This document shows, piece after piece, positions 39,058 through 48,254 of a stretch of DNA of 60,683 nt. The stretch comes from an uncultured bacterium (lineage in GTDB: Bacteria > CAYUVA01): contig CAYUVA010000025.1 of the NCBI GenBank assembly GCA_964448115.1, positions 1 to 60,683 on the forward strand, written 5' to 3'. The stretch's first letter is position 1. Each line of letters opens with the position of its first letter. The position numbers and the translations under genes are program-made. The notes below the pieces were generated by a model that saw nothing but the letters and a program-made list of their open reading frames with translations, did no database searches and was not told the origin of the DNA.

Positions 39058-39261
39058 CTAATCCTGTTTTTTATCTTCCTCTTGTTTGGCGCTATCCAGT
39101 TTTTTTGTTTGTGTTTCTGAGTGATCCTCGTTATTAGCCTTCTTAAACTCCTTCAATCCTTTGCCGAGCGCTTTTCCTATGTCGGGCAGCTTTCCTGGCC
39201 CAAATATGATCAGGATGATCACTAGAATTATGATAAGCTCCCAGGGACCTATATTAAACAT
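39058..39261 (-). CDS. tatA: Twin-arginine translocase TatA/E
   Basis: [33 protein letters not shown]. Confidence 0.95.
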   Translation of the reverse strand: MFNIGPWELIIILVIILIIFGPGKLPDIGKALGKGLKEFKKANNEDHSETQTKKLDSAKQEEDKKQD

Positions 39262-40519
39262 TGTTTTCTTCCTCCGAAGTTATCTGCGTTAAAGGGTGCC
39301 ATAAAAGCGATACCTGCACCTTCAGCCCTTTTTTCCAAAGACTCTCCTGGGCAGGCATTATAAAATAGCAGTTTGCAGAGGCAAGGGTTCTTAGCACACC
39401 GGAGCCGTGTGGTCCGGCTCTTTTAACCTTTAGTATTCCATCTTCGTACCATAGTCTGCCGCGGTTTATTTCAGTCCTTTCGGTCTTTTTTTGTATATCC
39501 TCGGCTAGTGTTGCCCATAGTTTAAGCTCAGTTTTCGGCTTTGCACCCATCATCTTGTAAATCAACGGCTTTACATACATCTCAAAGCAGATCATGCAAG
39601 AAACAGGGAATCCAGGCAGAGCAAAGACCGGCGTCCCGTGAAGAAATCCGAAGCTCATCGGCTTGCCCGGTTTCTGCATGATGCGCCAGAAGCGCTCCTG
39701 GTAGCCGAGCTCTGCCAGCACCTCCTTCACAAGGTCATATTTCCCCATTGAAATGCCACCGGTGGTGAGCAGTATGTCCTGTTTTATCCCTTGCATTATC
39801 TTATCCTGCAGGGCATCCTTTTTATCTGGCGCAATGCCGAGGTCAACCGCCTCCAGTCCATAATATTTTGCCTGGTTGATCAAGGTATAGTTATTTGCGT
39901 TGTAGATCTGTCCCGGCTTGAGCGTTTCACCGACATCCCTAAGCTCATCACCGGTAGCCAAGATGGCGATTGAAGGCTTCCTGGAGACCCTGACCCTCGA
40001 CTTGTTTATCGAGGCGAAAATGCCGGCATGAGGAGGTGTTATTATCTCGCCTTTGCGGATAATAGGGTACCCTTTTTCAAGGTCCTCGCCTGCATATCGA
40101 ATATTTCGTCCGACTTCAACCGCTTTGAAAATCTGCACGCGGTTTCCATTGAGCCGGGTATCCTCGACCATGACCACCGCATCGACACCATCCGGTATAG
40201 GAGCACCGGTCATGATACTAACCGCTTGAGTTTTGTTCACCTTCAGAGAAGGTTCATCCCCAGCGGTAAGCTCACCTATTACTTCCAGCTCGACTGGATC
40301 GCTCTGATCAGCACCCTTTATGTCATCAGCGATCACTCCATATCCATCTACCGCTGAGCTGCTGAAGGGTGGCATGTCTCGTGGAGAAAAAACATCCTCT
40401 GCGCATATTCGTCCAACGCAGTTTGTGATTGGGACTTCATCAGCGGGCAGTTGATTAGCACTGGCCAGAATGATCTCAAGCGCTTCATCTATGGTGATAT
40501 CAAGTAAACTCATAGCCAT
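39254..40519 (-). CDS. moeA: Molybdopterin molybdenumtransferase
   Basis: [40 protein letters not shown]. Confidence 0.93.
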   Translation of the reverse strand: MAMSLLDITIDEALEIILASANQLPADEVPITNCVGRICAEDVFSPRDMPPFSSSAVDGYGVIADDIKGADQSDPVELEVIGELTAGDEPSLKVNKTQAVSIMTGAPIPDGVDAVVMVEDTRLNGNRVQIFKAVEVGRNIRYAGEDLEKGYPIIRKGEIITPPHAGIFASINKSRVRVSRKPSIAILATGDELRDVGETLKPGQIYNANNYTLINQAKYYGLEAVDLGIAPDKKDALQDKIMQGIKQDILLTTGGISMGKYDLVKEVLAELGYQERFWRIMQKPGKPMSFGFLHGTPVFALPGFPVSCMICFEMYVKPLIYKMMGAKPKTELKLWATLAEDIQKKTERTEINRGRLWYEDGILKVKRAGPHGSGVLRTLASANCYFIMPAQESLWKKGLKVQVSLLWHPLTQITSEEENNV

Positions 40520-40951
40520 TTTTCAACTTTTTTCGGTTCTCATTATACAATACATGATCTATTTTATTTAATGTTCCCTGGACATTCAAATTCATTTAGT
40601 TTGCCAATACAATCTCTAAAGCAGACAAGATACCATTTGCCTAGGTTACTTCCTTAAAAATATAACGGCAATTTCACGGGTCATAATTTTCATGCCTAAA
40701 CTGTTATTTGGATCAAGATGGTTATGAGGCTTTATACGAAGATTATCCCCAGCGGTGGCATCTTGCAGATAGCTTTTTTAAGGCTTTGGAGGGAAATGTT
40801 TGTGTGTAACTAAGGATAGGATGGTTGTTACTTTTTATAATGCTCCCAATGCAGGCATTTTAAGGCTTCATTATGAGGGTTTGCCTGTGTCTTAAGGCTT
40901 GAGAATTTAGGGAAAAAGCGATAATTAGGAGTATGAAAGGGATGAAAGGAA

Positions 40952-41482
40952 ATGACTCTGGATAAGATTATACAATTCAAACCGATAGGCATCATACATA
41001 CCCCCTTCAAGGAGCCGGTAAATGTGCCGATCCAACCATCAGCCGGCAAAGGTATCAAGGGTACTGTAACCGTCGATGAAAGGCTCACTGAGGGATTGCA
41101 GGATCTGGAGGGATTCTCATATATCTACTTGATATATTACCTCCATCTAAGCCAGGGATATTCGCTAAAGGTGAAGCCGTTTCTGGATGATACTCCTCGT
41201 GGACTATTCGCTACCAGGGCACCGCGAAGACCCAATCCGATCGGTCTTTCCATTGTCAAGCTAATAAAGGTGCAAGGAAATGTGTTGCATATCGAGGATA
41301 TCGATATAGTAGATAACACGCCCCTGTTGGACATCAAGCCATATAGTCCGCAGTTCGATCATCGCAATAGCAAAAGATGCGGATGGCTACGGGGAAAGGA
41401 TGAAGAAGCAAAAAAGAAGCTATCCGATGATCGTTTCACAGGTTCAAAGGATCATTTAGCTGACTCGGCTATGGACTCATAG
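40952..41482 (+). CDS. tsaA: tRNA (N6-threonylcarbamoyladenosine37-N6)-methyltransferase TrmO
   Basis: PIGIIHTPF, GLFATRAPRRPNPIGLS, TPLLDIKPY. Confidence 0.9.
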   Translation: MTLDKIIQFKPIGIIHTPFKEPVNVPIQPSAGKGIKGTVTVDERLTEGLQDLEGFSYIYLIYYLHLSQGYSLKVKPFLDDTPRGLFATRAPRRPNPIGLSIVKLIKVQGNVLHIEDIDIVDNTPLLDIKPYSPQFDHRNSKRCGWLRGKDEEAKKKLSDDRFTGSKDHLADSAMDS

Positions 41483-42378
41483 ATGCGATCTCTCAGCGTG
41501 GAGATACTCATCGGAACAAGAATCGGCAAAAGCGGTAACATCAATCGAGTCTCCCTTACCAGTCCAAAGCAAAGGTTAATCAAGAAAAAGGGAATAACTA
41601 CTATAAAGAGCCTGCGCAATACCCCTGGCTGGTGCTTGAATCCGAAAAAGGGCAAAAAAAGCATGATGTTGAAAAATAAAAACAAGAATAAATAGGTACC
41701 CGGATGGGTTAGATTCTCCCAAAGGGTGAAGAACTTGTAATAAAGCTCCCTTGAACCGTATAATAACCTCACCCCGATGAAGGTACTTATGCCGATGATC
41801 CCATAGAGCAAGGTGTCTATTATAACCTGGCTGTTACTCTTTTTGCCGAAGTTCACCAGGAAGTAAATCGGGACTAATACAAGCACCGTCTCCCGCATTA
41901 GCACACCCAAGACGATCAGTTGCCCCAGGTTTACATAGCGGTTCTCCATAATGAAGTTAAGCCCCTGAATTATCACCCATAGAGCCATAATGTCTCCCGG
42001 CGCCATGGTATAGCCGAAGTAGGTTATGGGTATTACAGCAGCAGTGTAAAGAACACCTATATAGCAATACTCTGGCTCAAAAAAATAACCCAAGAGTTGA
42101 TACAAGGCATAAAGCGATAAGAAGGTGAACAAGAGCCTTAAAACAAAGTACACCCTGGTTAGGCTCAAGTTTAGTAGTTTATGTAAAACCTCGGCGAAGA
42201 AAAATGGCAAGGCTCGATATTGCAAAGGCGCCGGCGCTTCGCTGTTGATCACTGCCTGATGAACCTTATAACGAGCATTCTCCTGGGGCATATCCACGAT
42301 GAAAAAATGAATCATGGAGAGTATAGCAGAGAGTGCAAGACATAATGTTACAAGGATGATCTTATCGAATAACTTCAC
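41452..42378 (-). CDS. Polytopic membrane protein, possibly GT-C-like
   Basis: About 9 TM helices; P.QYR, MRET and RETR motifs. Confidence 0.6.
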   Translation of the reverse strand: MKLFDKIILVTLCLALSAILSMIHFFIVDMPQENARYKVHQAVINSEAPAPLQYRALPFFFAEVLHKLLNLSLTRVYFVLRLLFTFLSLYALYQLLGYFFEPEYCYIGVLYTAAVIPITYFGYTMAPGDIMALWVIIQGLNFIMENRYVNLGQLIVLGVLMRETVLVLVPIYFLVNFGKKSNSQVIIDTLLYGIIGISTFIGVRLLYGSRELYYKFFTLWENLTHPGTYLFLFLFFNIMLFLPFFGFKHQPGVLRRLFIVVIPFFLINLCFGLVRETRLMLPLLPILVPMSISTLRDRIYESIAESAK

Positions 42379-42512
42379 AGCTACAACTCCACAAATCCGA
42401 CTCCCTGCTACCCTTATCGGTTCGTTGCCAGTCTAGTTGCCCTAAGCACGACTTATAGGCGGTTCACTTCATTTTCGTTGGATATATAAGGTAGTAACGA
42501 ACAGCGCAAGAA

Positions 42513-43100
42513 TCAGGATCCCTGGTCGCCGGTTACCTGGTACCTAAGCAGCATCTCTATGATCTTCTCATTGTGTTTTGCAATCCTGTCCAGAGCATCC
42601 TTTGTCGATTGCACATGGCTCTCGTTTTTCGCTTTGAGAAGAATTTGTGCTACCTCCTCCTGCTCCAACCTGAGCCTTAGGATAGTCTTCTCGAACTCCT
42701 CGATGAATTGATTAAGCTCCTCAGCCAACTTAGCCTGCTCGTGCCCTGGTGGGATGCTAATGCGGCTGGTCAGGTCCTTCCTGAAGGTTTGATACAACTG
42801 CTCTTCAATATCATTTATTGGAGCTAAAAGGCGACCGGTCAAAAACCAAGAAATGCCAAAAGAACCGATCAATGCAAAGATAACGCACAGGAAAAATAAT
42901 GATAGCTTGCTTTTAAGAAATATAATCTGGTTCTCATCTTGTCCAGATACTCCTTTGTTTACCAGGCTGTTAAGCTCTGGATAAAAAGCTATGATAAGCA
43001 ACACAACGCAGAAGATGAAAAGCACACTGGTGGATAGTATGATAAATCTTATCGGTCTTTCTGTTCTTGAACTCGATATCGGTTGAGATTCCTTTGGCAT
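42513..43100 (-). CDS. Two-TM membrane protein with HAMP-like domain and coiled coil
   Basis: TM2 followed by RLLAPI..DLTSRI..E..LAEELNQFI. Confidence 0.65.
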   Translation of the reverse strand: MPKESQPISSSRTERPIRFIILSTSVLFIFCVVLLIIAFYPELNSLVNKGVSGQDENQIIFLKSKLSLFFLCVIFALIGSFGISWFLTGRLLAPINDIEEQLYQTFRKDLTSRISIPPGHEQAKLAEELNQFIEEFEKTILRLRLEQEEVAQILLKAKNESHVQSTKDALDRIAKHNEKIIEMLLRYQVTGDQGS

Positions 43101-43273
43101 TTCCCTCTCCGTTTATTGATTAAGGGATCCCTTGCCATTTCAACAATACAACTATAAATGCATTTGGAGATCTATGTCAAGTCTTTTTTTAAGATCTGAT
43201 TACAGAAAGGCATAGTGATCGTTGAGCTTATGCTTCTGGCACTGTTGCAGGGAGCCTTGCGTGATTTTATCCT

Positions 43274-44014
43274 CTATGGCTTATTCCCTTCACCATACCC
43301 CCAAAGCCAGCCATCACGGGCTATGATATACAAAATACCCTCTGCATAAGCCACTCCACGGGGATATGCAGACTCCATTGTCGCGTAAAGCCAGCAATCG
43401 CCTTGAACTGTATCATAAGCATGAATGTTTGCTCCCGTATCGCTGGTGAAAAGCAGCAACCCATTATTATCTAGGGTGATATCGAAAGCTCCCTGAACAG
43501 GCAGTTCAAACATCTCAAGGACTGTTGTGCTTGTGGGATCGATCCGATATAGCCTGGAATCAACGTTGTCGCAGCAGTACAGGTTTCCAGAAAAATAAGC
43601 CAGTCCGATCGGGATACTCGCTGGCGATGTTATGATACTGAGTGTCTGCCCGTTTGCCGGGTCAAGCTCAATCAGGCGCCGGTTCAGGCTTTCGGATGCC
43701 CAGAGATCTCTGCCATCCCAGCAGATGCCCTCCAATGCTCCGATATTGGGGTATATAGTCTGGAGGATCTGACCATCGCTTGGCTGCAAGCGGTGAATTG
43801 CTCTTGTATATCTATCCGATGCCCAAAGATACCTGCCGTCATAATCCATGCCGCCGGGATCTAACAAGCCTATGTAGGCGATCCTGTAAAAGCCTTCCTT
43901 GAGATCGCCGTTGGGGTCGTAGGGATTGTTCCACTCTCGACTCCCGCAGGCGGCAATAATAATCAAGGCGAGCAGGAATATCGCCGATATAACTATAGAG
44001 CGTGCAAGAGCCAG
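43274..44014 (-). CDS. Lipoprotein with beta-propeller repeats (probable CTG start)
   Basis: GxxYDG..LW repeats; extending to CTG 44014 gives MALARSIVISAIFLLALIIIAAC with GGAGG 9 nt upstream. Confidence 0.7.
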   Translation of the reverse strand: MALARSIVISAIFLLALIIIAACGSREWNNPYDPNGDLKEGFYRIAYIGLLDPGGMDYDGRYLWASDRYTRAIHRLQPSDGQILQTIYPNIGALEGICWDGRDLWASESLNRRLIELDPANGQTLSIITSPASIPIGLAYFSGNLYCCDNVDSRLYRIDPTSTTVLEMFELPVQGAFDITLDNNGLLLFTSDTGANIHAYDTVQGDCWLYATMESAYPRGVAYAEGILYIIARDGWLWGYGEGNKP

Positions 44015-44015
44015 A

Positions 44016-45995
44016 TCAACTTACCTCCACAGAGCAAGGGTCGCTAGGCTCGCCTTGTTCATCAATAGGAGCCTTCAGGTAGGCATAAACCGCGAAGCTG
44101 TAAGTTCCCGGTGGATCACGAGGATTTAAGGTGAAAAGCCAGTAACAGATCTCTTCAACCTGTGTCCAATCAGTGGCTTCAAAGATGACTGTGTTTCCAT
44201 TGGGATATGTTACCAGCGCCCGATATCCCAGGTACTCATCCAGCACCTCGGCTGGGATGGGAACGCCATTACTGAAGGTGATTACCGCATCCCACTGTAA
44301 CACAACATGTCGGTTTTCGGGATCATATTCACAAACTAGGTTCTGAACCTTAGCGGGCGGTGGCATTGGCGTCGGGGTGCTGGTCGCTGTGGGGGTCCAG
44401 GTAGCGGTTGGCGTATTGGTCGGGGTCGGTGTATCTGTCGGGGTGATACCCCCGAAGCGAAGCCTTGCGGTGGCGGTCGCCGTGGGAGTGGCGCCAGCCG
44501 GATATACCGCAGCCAGGCTCGCATCTCCTGCCCATTGGCTGCAAGCGAACAGGTTGATATAGCCCTCGGCATCAGTATCCATCACGATATCTCGCTGCTG
44601 TTGCGGGCAGCAATAGCCACCTGGTGCGTTCCATATATAGCCGACATCGCCGCTGATGCTAAGGCCAATAGGCGCGGAGGGCGCTGGCGTTCCACGTAAA
44701 TAAAGCCTTAAGGTTACCACACCATCCTGGCAGCCACCAGGAAGCTCATAAGGGATCTGTACCCACTCGATGCGCGTGGGATTAGTTCTTTGCTCCACAC
44801 TAACCGTAAAATCGACACCAAAGACCGCCTGGCTGCTATCGCGAACATCTATTCCGAGTTGATAGCTGGCGATCCCTTGGCTCCCATAATCTGCTGGCGA
44901 CCTAAAGGCAGCTTGTCGAAGGGTGGCTACTGAATAGGGTACTAGCGGTGAGGATAACAACCAATTGCCTTTGGATAGTGGGCTTTGGATACCCAAGGTT
45001 TGTACGTTTGGTGATGCATTATTCAAAGAAAGCCGGGATCGAGATGTCCTCGGGCGATGATCCCGCAATGCTAACATATATCTACTGCCAGCGCCGTGAT
45101 AACCATCCTCCCACTGGACTGGCTCAATGCCGAGCATCCATTCGCCCTCCTGTCCGCCAGGGATGATAAAGCCGTTGTTGTCAGATTCATACATGACATA
45201 CAAAGTATCCACCGTATCAAGATCATCGGTTACCAGCATCTCAATGCGCCAGGCATGGGGTAGGGATGAATACTTGAATAGATCGACCCTGCCAGCGGAT
45301 AGGTTGACCGGGTATTCATTCCCCTGATCATCATAGAACACGACCTGGAGGATACGTGGGGGCGAGTTATCAGGACCATTACTGCCCTTATTATCCCTTT
45401 GATCAGCAGCATAAAAGCCATATCCGATAAGCCCCATACCGATTACATATAAGTAGGGCTTGGACAGCAGGCACTTTTTCTTAGGCTTGGACTTTTTTAT
45501 TGGCGCAATGGTCGATACAGGAGTAACCGGTTTTGGTGAAACTGGTGAGGGCGTGGCTGGTATCGGCGTAGCAGTGGGTATTTCGCTTGGCAGCGCAGTT
45601 GCTCGAGTTGGGGCAGGGGTGATCGCTTGCAGCGGAGATGGTGATGATGTAGCACTTGACTTTTCAACTTCCAGAGGCTCTACAGCCTCCCCGGTAAGCA
45701 CCTTGTACTCGTTGGCAGCCAGGGCAGCCCTCTCATCCATGCCGAGAGCTACATAGCACTGATATAATCGCTGATATGCCTCGATGAGCGATATTCTGTA
45801 ATTCAGTCCAGGTATAGCCGCCTCTAGGTGCTCAGCCGCCTCAGCATACTTGCCATCATCCATAGCATTTCTCGCCAGCACCAGTCGACTGGTCGGCGAC
45901 GGCTCATCCAACTGGGCAAAGACAAAATCGATTATTATTATGCTTATAACAACACCGATTAAAATAATCATTGATTTATAACTTATTTTTTTCAT
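44016..45995 (-). CDS. Secreted/membrane protein: TPR, P/T linker, Lys-rich plus hydrophobic segment, Ig/FN3-like domains
   Basis: Signal peptide; EAYQRLYQCYVALG TPR; TPTATP tracts; PAKVQNL..LQW..YSFAV FN3-like C-terminus. Confidence 0.75.
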   Translation of the reverse strand: MKKISYKSMIILIGVVISIIIIDFVFAQLDEPSPTSRLVLARNAMDDGKYAEAAEHLEAAIPGLNYRISLIEAYQRLYQCYVALGMDERAALAANEYKVLTGEAVEPLEVEKSSATSSPSPLQAITPAPTRATALPSEIPTATPIPATPSPVSPKPVTPVSTIAPIKKSKPKKKCLLSKPYLYVIGMGLIGYGFYAADQRDNKGSNGPDNSPPRILQVVFYDDQGNEYPVNLSAGRVDLFKYSSLPHAWRIEMLVTDDLDTVDTLYVMYESDNNGFIIPGGQEGEWMLGIEPVQWEDGYHGAGSRYMLALRDHRPRTSRSRLSLNNASPNVQTLGIQSPLSKGNWLLSSPLVPYSVATLRQAAFRSPADYGSQGIASYQLGIDVRDSSQAVFGVDFTVSVEQRTNPTRIEWVQIPYELPGGCQDGVVTLRLYLRGTPAPSAPIGLSISGDVGYIWNAPGGYCCPQQQRDIVMDTDAEGYINLFACSQWAGDASLAAVYPAGATPTATATARLRFGGITPTDTPTPTNTPTATWTPTATSTPTPMPPPAKVQNLVCEYDPENRHVVLQWDAVITFSNGVPIPAEVLDEYLGYRALVTYPNGNTVIFEATDWTQVEEICYWLFTLNPRDPPGTYSFAVYAYLKAPIDEQGEPSDPCSVEVS

Positions 45996-46013
45996 TTTAT
46001 AATTATCTAGAAG

Positions 46014-47135
46014 TTATTTATTTCTAGCCTTATTGATCCATTGAGATGTGGTTATAACATTATCAACATTTTCGTATATTTTTCTTATTGCCTTAAAATC
46101 ATTAATATTATAGTAATAAATCATATCTTGGATAAGATCTTCAATAATATTAATTGAAAAAAGTGCATATTTTGTCTCTATTAAAGGACTTTCAGTAACA
46201 TCAGATTGATAATGACCATCAGTTCGAGAATATAATTTTAAAAGTTCTAATGTTTCTTTAATTTTAAGAATGAGGAGTTTCAATTCATTTATTTTCAATT
46301 GTGTTTTGGAATATAAATAATCAACACAATAAAATATTTTATTAATATCTTTTAGCTTGCTTCTATTATTAATGAAGGTTAAAAGGTATATTAACCATAA
46401 ACTAATATTATTAGGTATTCTTTGAATATTATCTAATATAAAACATATATGAAAATAACTCTCAAGATCATTAGGAATTATATTTACAACCCTTTCTTGG
46501 TCAATAACATTTTGTAAAAGATATGATAAATTATCCTTAATATCATTAATTAAATGATGTTGAAAATCTAAAATGTTATTTTTTGCATTAATGTAATCCC
46601 AGAGTTCTAAGAGAGTATCATCTTCTTTTAGAATGATATCTTTTCCTAATACTCTATATACATTTACCCTCCAAGCCGGTTCGAAAGTATATTTACTATT
46701 ATTTAATATCCACTCACTGGTTAAAAAAGCATATTTATTAGGTGAACCAGATAGCAGAATAAAAAAAATAGTATTTTTCATCCTATTTTTTCTATCTAAT
46801 AGTTTACCTTTTTTAAAATTAAAATAAAATTCATCTGATGCTGCATTCACATATTGAAATTCAATATTCTTCTCGTCTTGGTAGATCTTAACAATAAAAT
46901 CAGGTTGCCTAGAGAGTCCACCTTTACGAAGAAACCATAGAAATTTATCACCTCCTGATTTATAGACCTTAACTTTTTTATCTGGATATAATTTTTTCAT
47001 TTTTTTATCTAACCATTCTAAAGCCTCCAATTCAAATATCGCTTTTCTTTTCATATCCCTACGATATTCAAGATATGTCCTTGATTTTATATCGCTGGAC
47101 TGAGCATAGACTGTTTTTGCATCCTGTTTCATCAC
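46014..47135 (-). CDS. Putative restriction endonuclease (PD-(D/E)xK-like)
   Basis: Very AT-rich ORF starting 3 nt downstream of a DNA methyltransferase; QPDF..IEFQY candidate catalytic motif. Confidence 0.5.
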   Translation of the reverse strand: MMKQDAKTVYAQSSDIKSRTYLEYRRDMKRKAIFELEALEWLDKKMKKLYPDKKVKVYKSGGDKFLWFLRKGGLSRQPDFIVKIYQDEKNIEFQYVNAASDEFYFNFKKGKLLDRKNRMKNTIFFILLSGSPNKYAFLTSEWILNNSKYTFEPAWRVNVYRVLGKDIILKEDDTLLELWDYINAKNNILDFQHHLINDIKDNLSYLLQNVIDQERVVNIIPNDLESYFHICFILDNIQRIPNNISLWLIYLLTFINNRSKLKDINKIFYCVDYLYSKTQLKINELKLLILKIKETLELLKLYSRTDGHYQSDVTESPLIETKYALFSINIIEDLIQDMIYYYNINDFKAIRKIYENVDNVITTSQWINKARNK

Positions 47136-47138
47136 AAA

Positions 47139-48191
47139 TCATAAAATCCTCATCTGAAATCCTTTTATTTTAATGACCGTATCTTGTCCTATCTGTGGAT
47201 TTATCTCGTAGCCGATACAGTTCCTCTTTAGGTCAATGGCTGAAATCATAGTTTTTCCTGAACCGAGGAAGGGATCAAGTACTGTTTCACCGATGAAACA
47301 GTAAGCTTTGATGAGTCTATAAGGCAATTCATAAGGAAACGGCGCTACATGATCTCTTTTATCGCCGCTGCCTTGCGGTTTCATGAGCCATACATCGCTT
47401 TTCTTGAGGCTGAGCCAAAATTCCTTTTCCAACTTGGATTGTTCCTTCTGTTCTGCGCTCAGATGAGCATATTTATTAAATCCCTTAACATCCGGCTTGT
47501 TAAATTCAAGTATAAATTCGTGCATATTATTTATCAGTATTCCACCTGGATAAGGATAGGTGCCAAAATGAGCCCTTACTCCGTTTGTCTTATGCCATAC
47601 AATATCTCTTTTAAAAATAAAGCCTATCTTTTCACATAAATCGATAGTTTTACCTACTAGATTCAAAGACCTGAAGCCATTGCTGTCATCTCTAAGCGGA
47701 AGGTTCATTATATTTATAAACAGTTTTCTTCCCGGCTGAAGCACTCGAAAAGATTCACTCCATACCTCTTTAATACAATCAAACCATTCATCTATGTCAT
47801 GAATATCCCCTAGATCCCCTTCTATAGGTGCTTTCGAGTACATTTTGGCATTGAAATAAGGGGGGGATGTAATTATCAAATGCACGCTGTTATCCCCCAA
47901 AGCATCCATCTTCATTGAGTTATCAATAAATATTTTGTAAGAATACTCTCCAATGAATATATTATTCTCTTTAGTTATTTGGGTATTTTTTATTCTCGAA
48001 TTGACATTTATTTTTTTTTCATATTTTTTCAAATCATCAAGCTTAAACCTTATCTGACCACTTGGTGAGGTTATAGATTTGATTATGTGCCTTTTCGCAA
48101 GCTGATGTATCTCTTCAACCGTTATCCCAAGATATTTTGATGCTTCGATAGCTGAAAGATAGCTTCTGTCAACGTAATCCCTGGTACCCAT
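47139..48191 (-). CDS. Beta-class N4/N6 DNA methyltransferase with N-terminal HTH
   Basis: IITSPPY (motif IV) precedes HVAPFP and VLDPFLGSG (motif I); N-terminal YLSAIEASKYLGIT..GQIRF HTH. Confidence 0.9.
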   Translation of the reverse strand: MGTRDYVDRSYLSAIEASKYLGITVEEIHQLAKRHIIKSITSPSGQIRFKLDDLKKYEKKINVNSRIKNTQITKENNIFIGEYSYKIFIDNSMKMDALGDNSVHLIITSPPYFNAKMYSKAPIEGDLGDIHDIDEWFDCIKEVWSESFRVLQPGRKLFINIMNLPLRDDSNGFRSLNLVGKTIDLCEKIGFIFKRDIVWHKTNGVRAHFGTYPYPGGILINNMHEFILEFNKPDVKGFNKYAHLSAEQKEQSKLEKEFWLSLKKSDVWLMKPQGSGDKRDHVAPFPYELPYRLIKAYCFIGETVLDPFLGSGKTMISAIDLKRNCIGYEINPQIGQDTVIKIKGFQMRIL

Positions 48192-48254
48192 CTTAATTTG
48201 AGTTTACTACATCCTTTGTGCAAATCAAAGCGCTAGTTTTCGCTTTTAATTATG

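Noticed and set aside
40560-40830. Possible gene remnant or Moco riboswitch upstream of moeA
   Set aside because: Only short stop-interrupted frames and no recognisable aptamer
48011-48019. A9 tract in the methyltransferase (also G7 at 36810-36816) as phase-variation sites
   Set aside because: Short tracts expected by chance from local composition; both frames are intact
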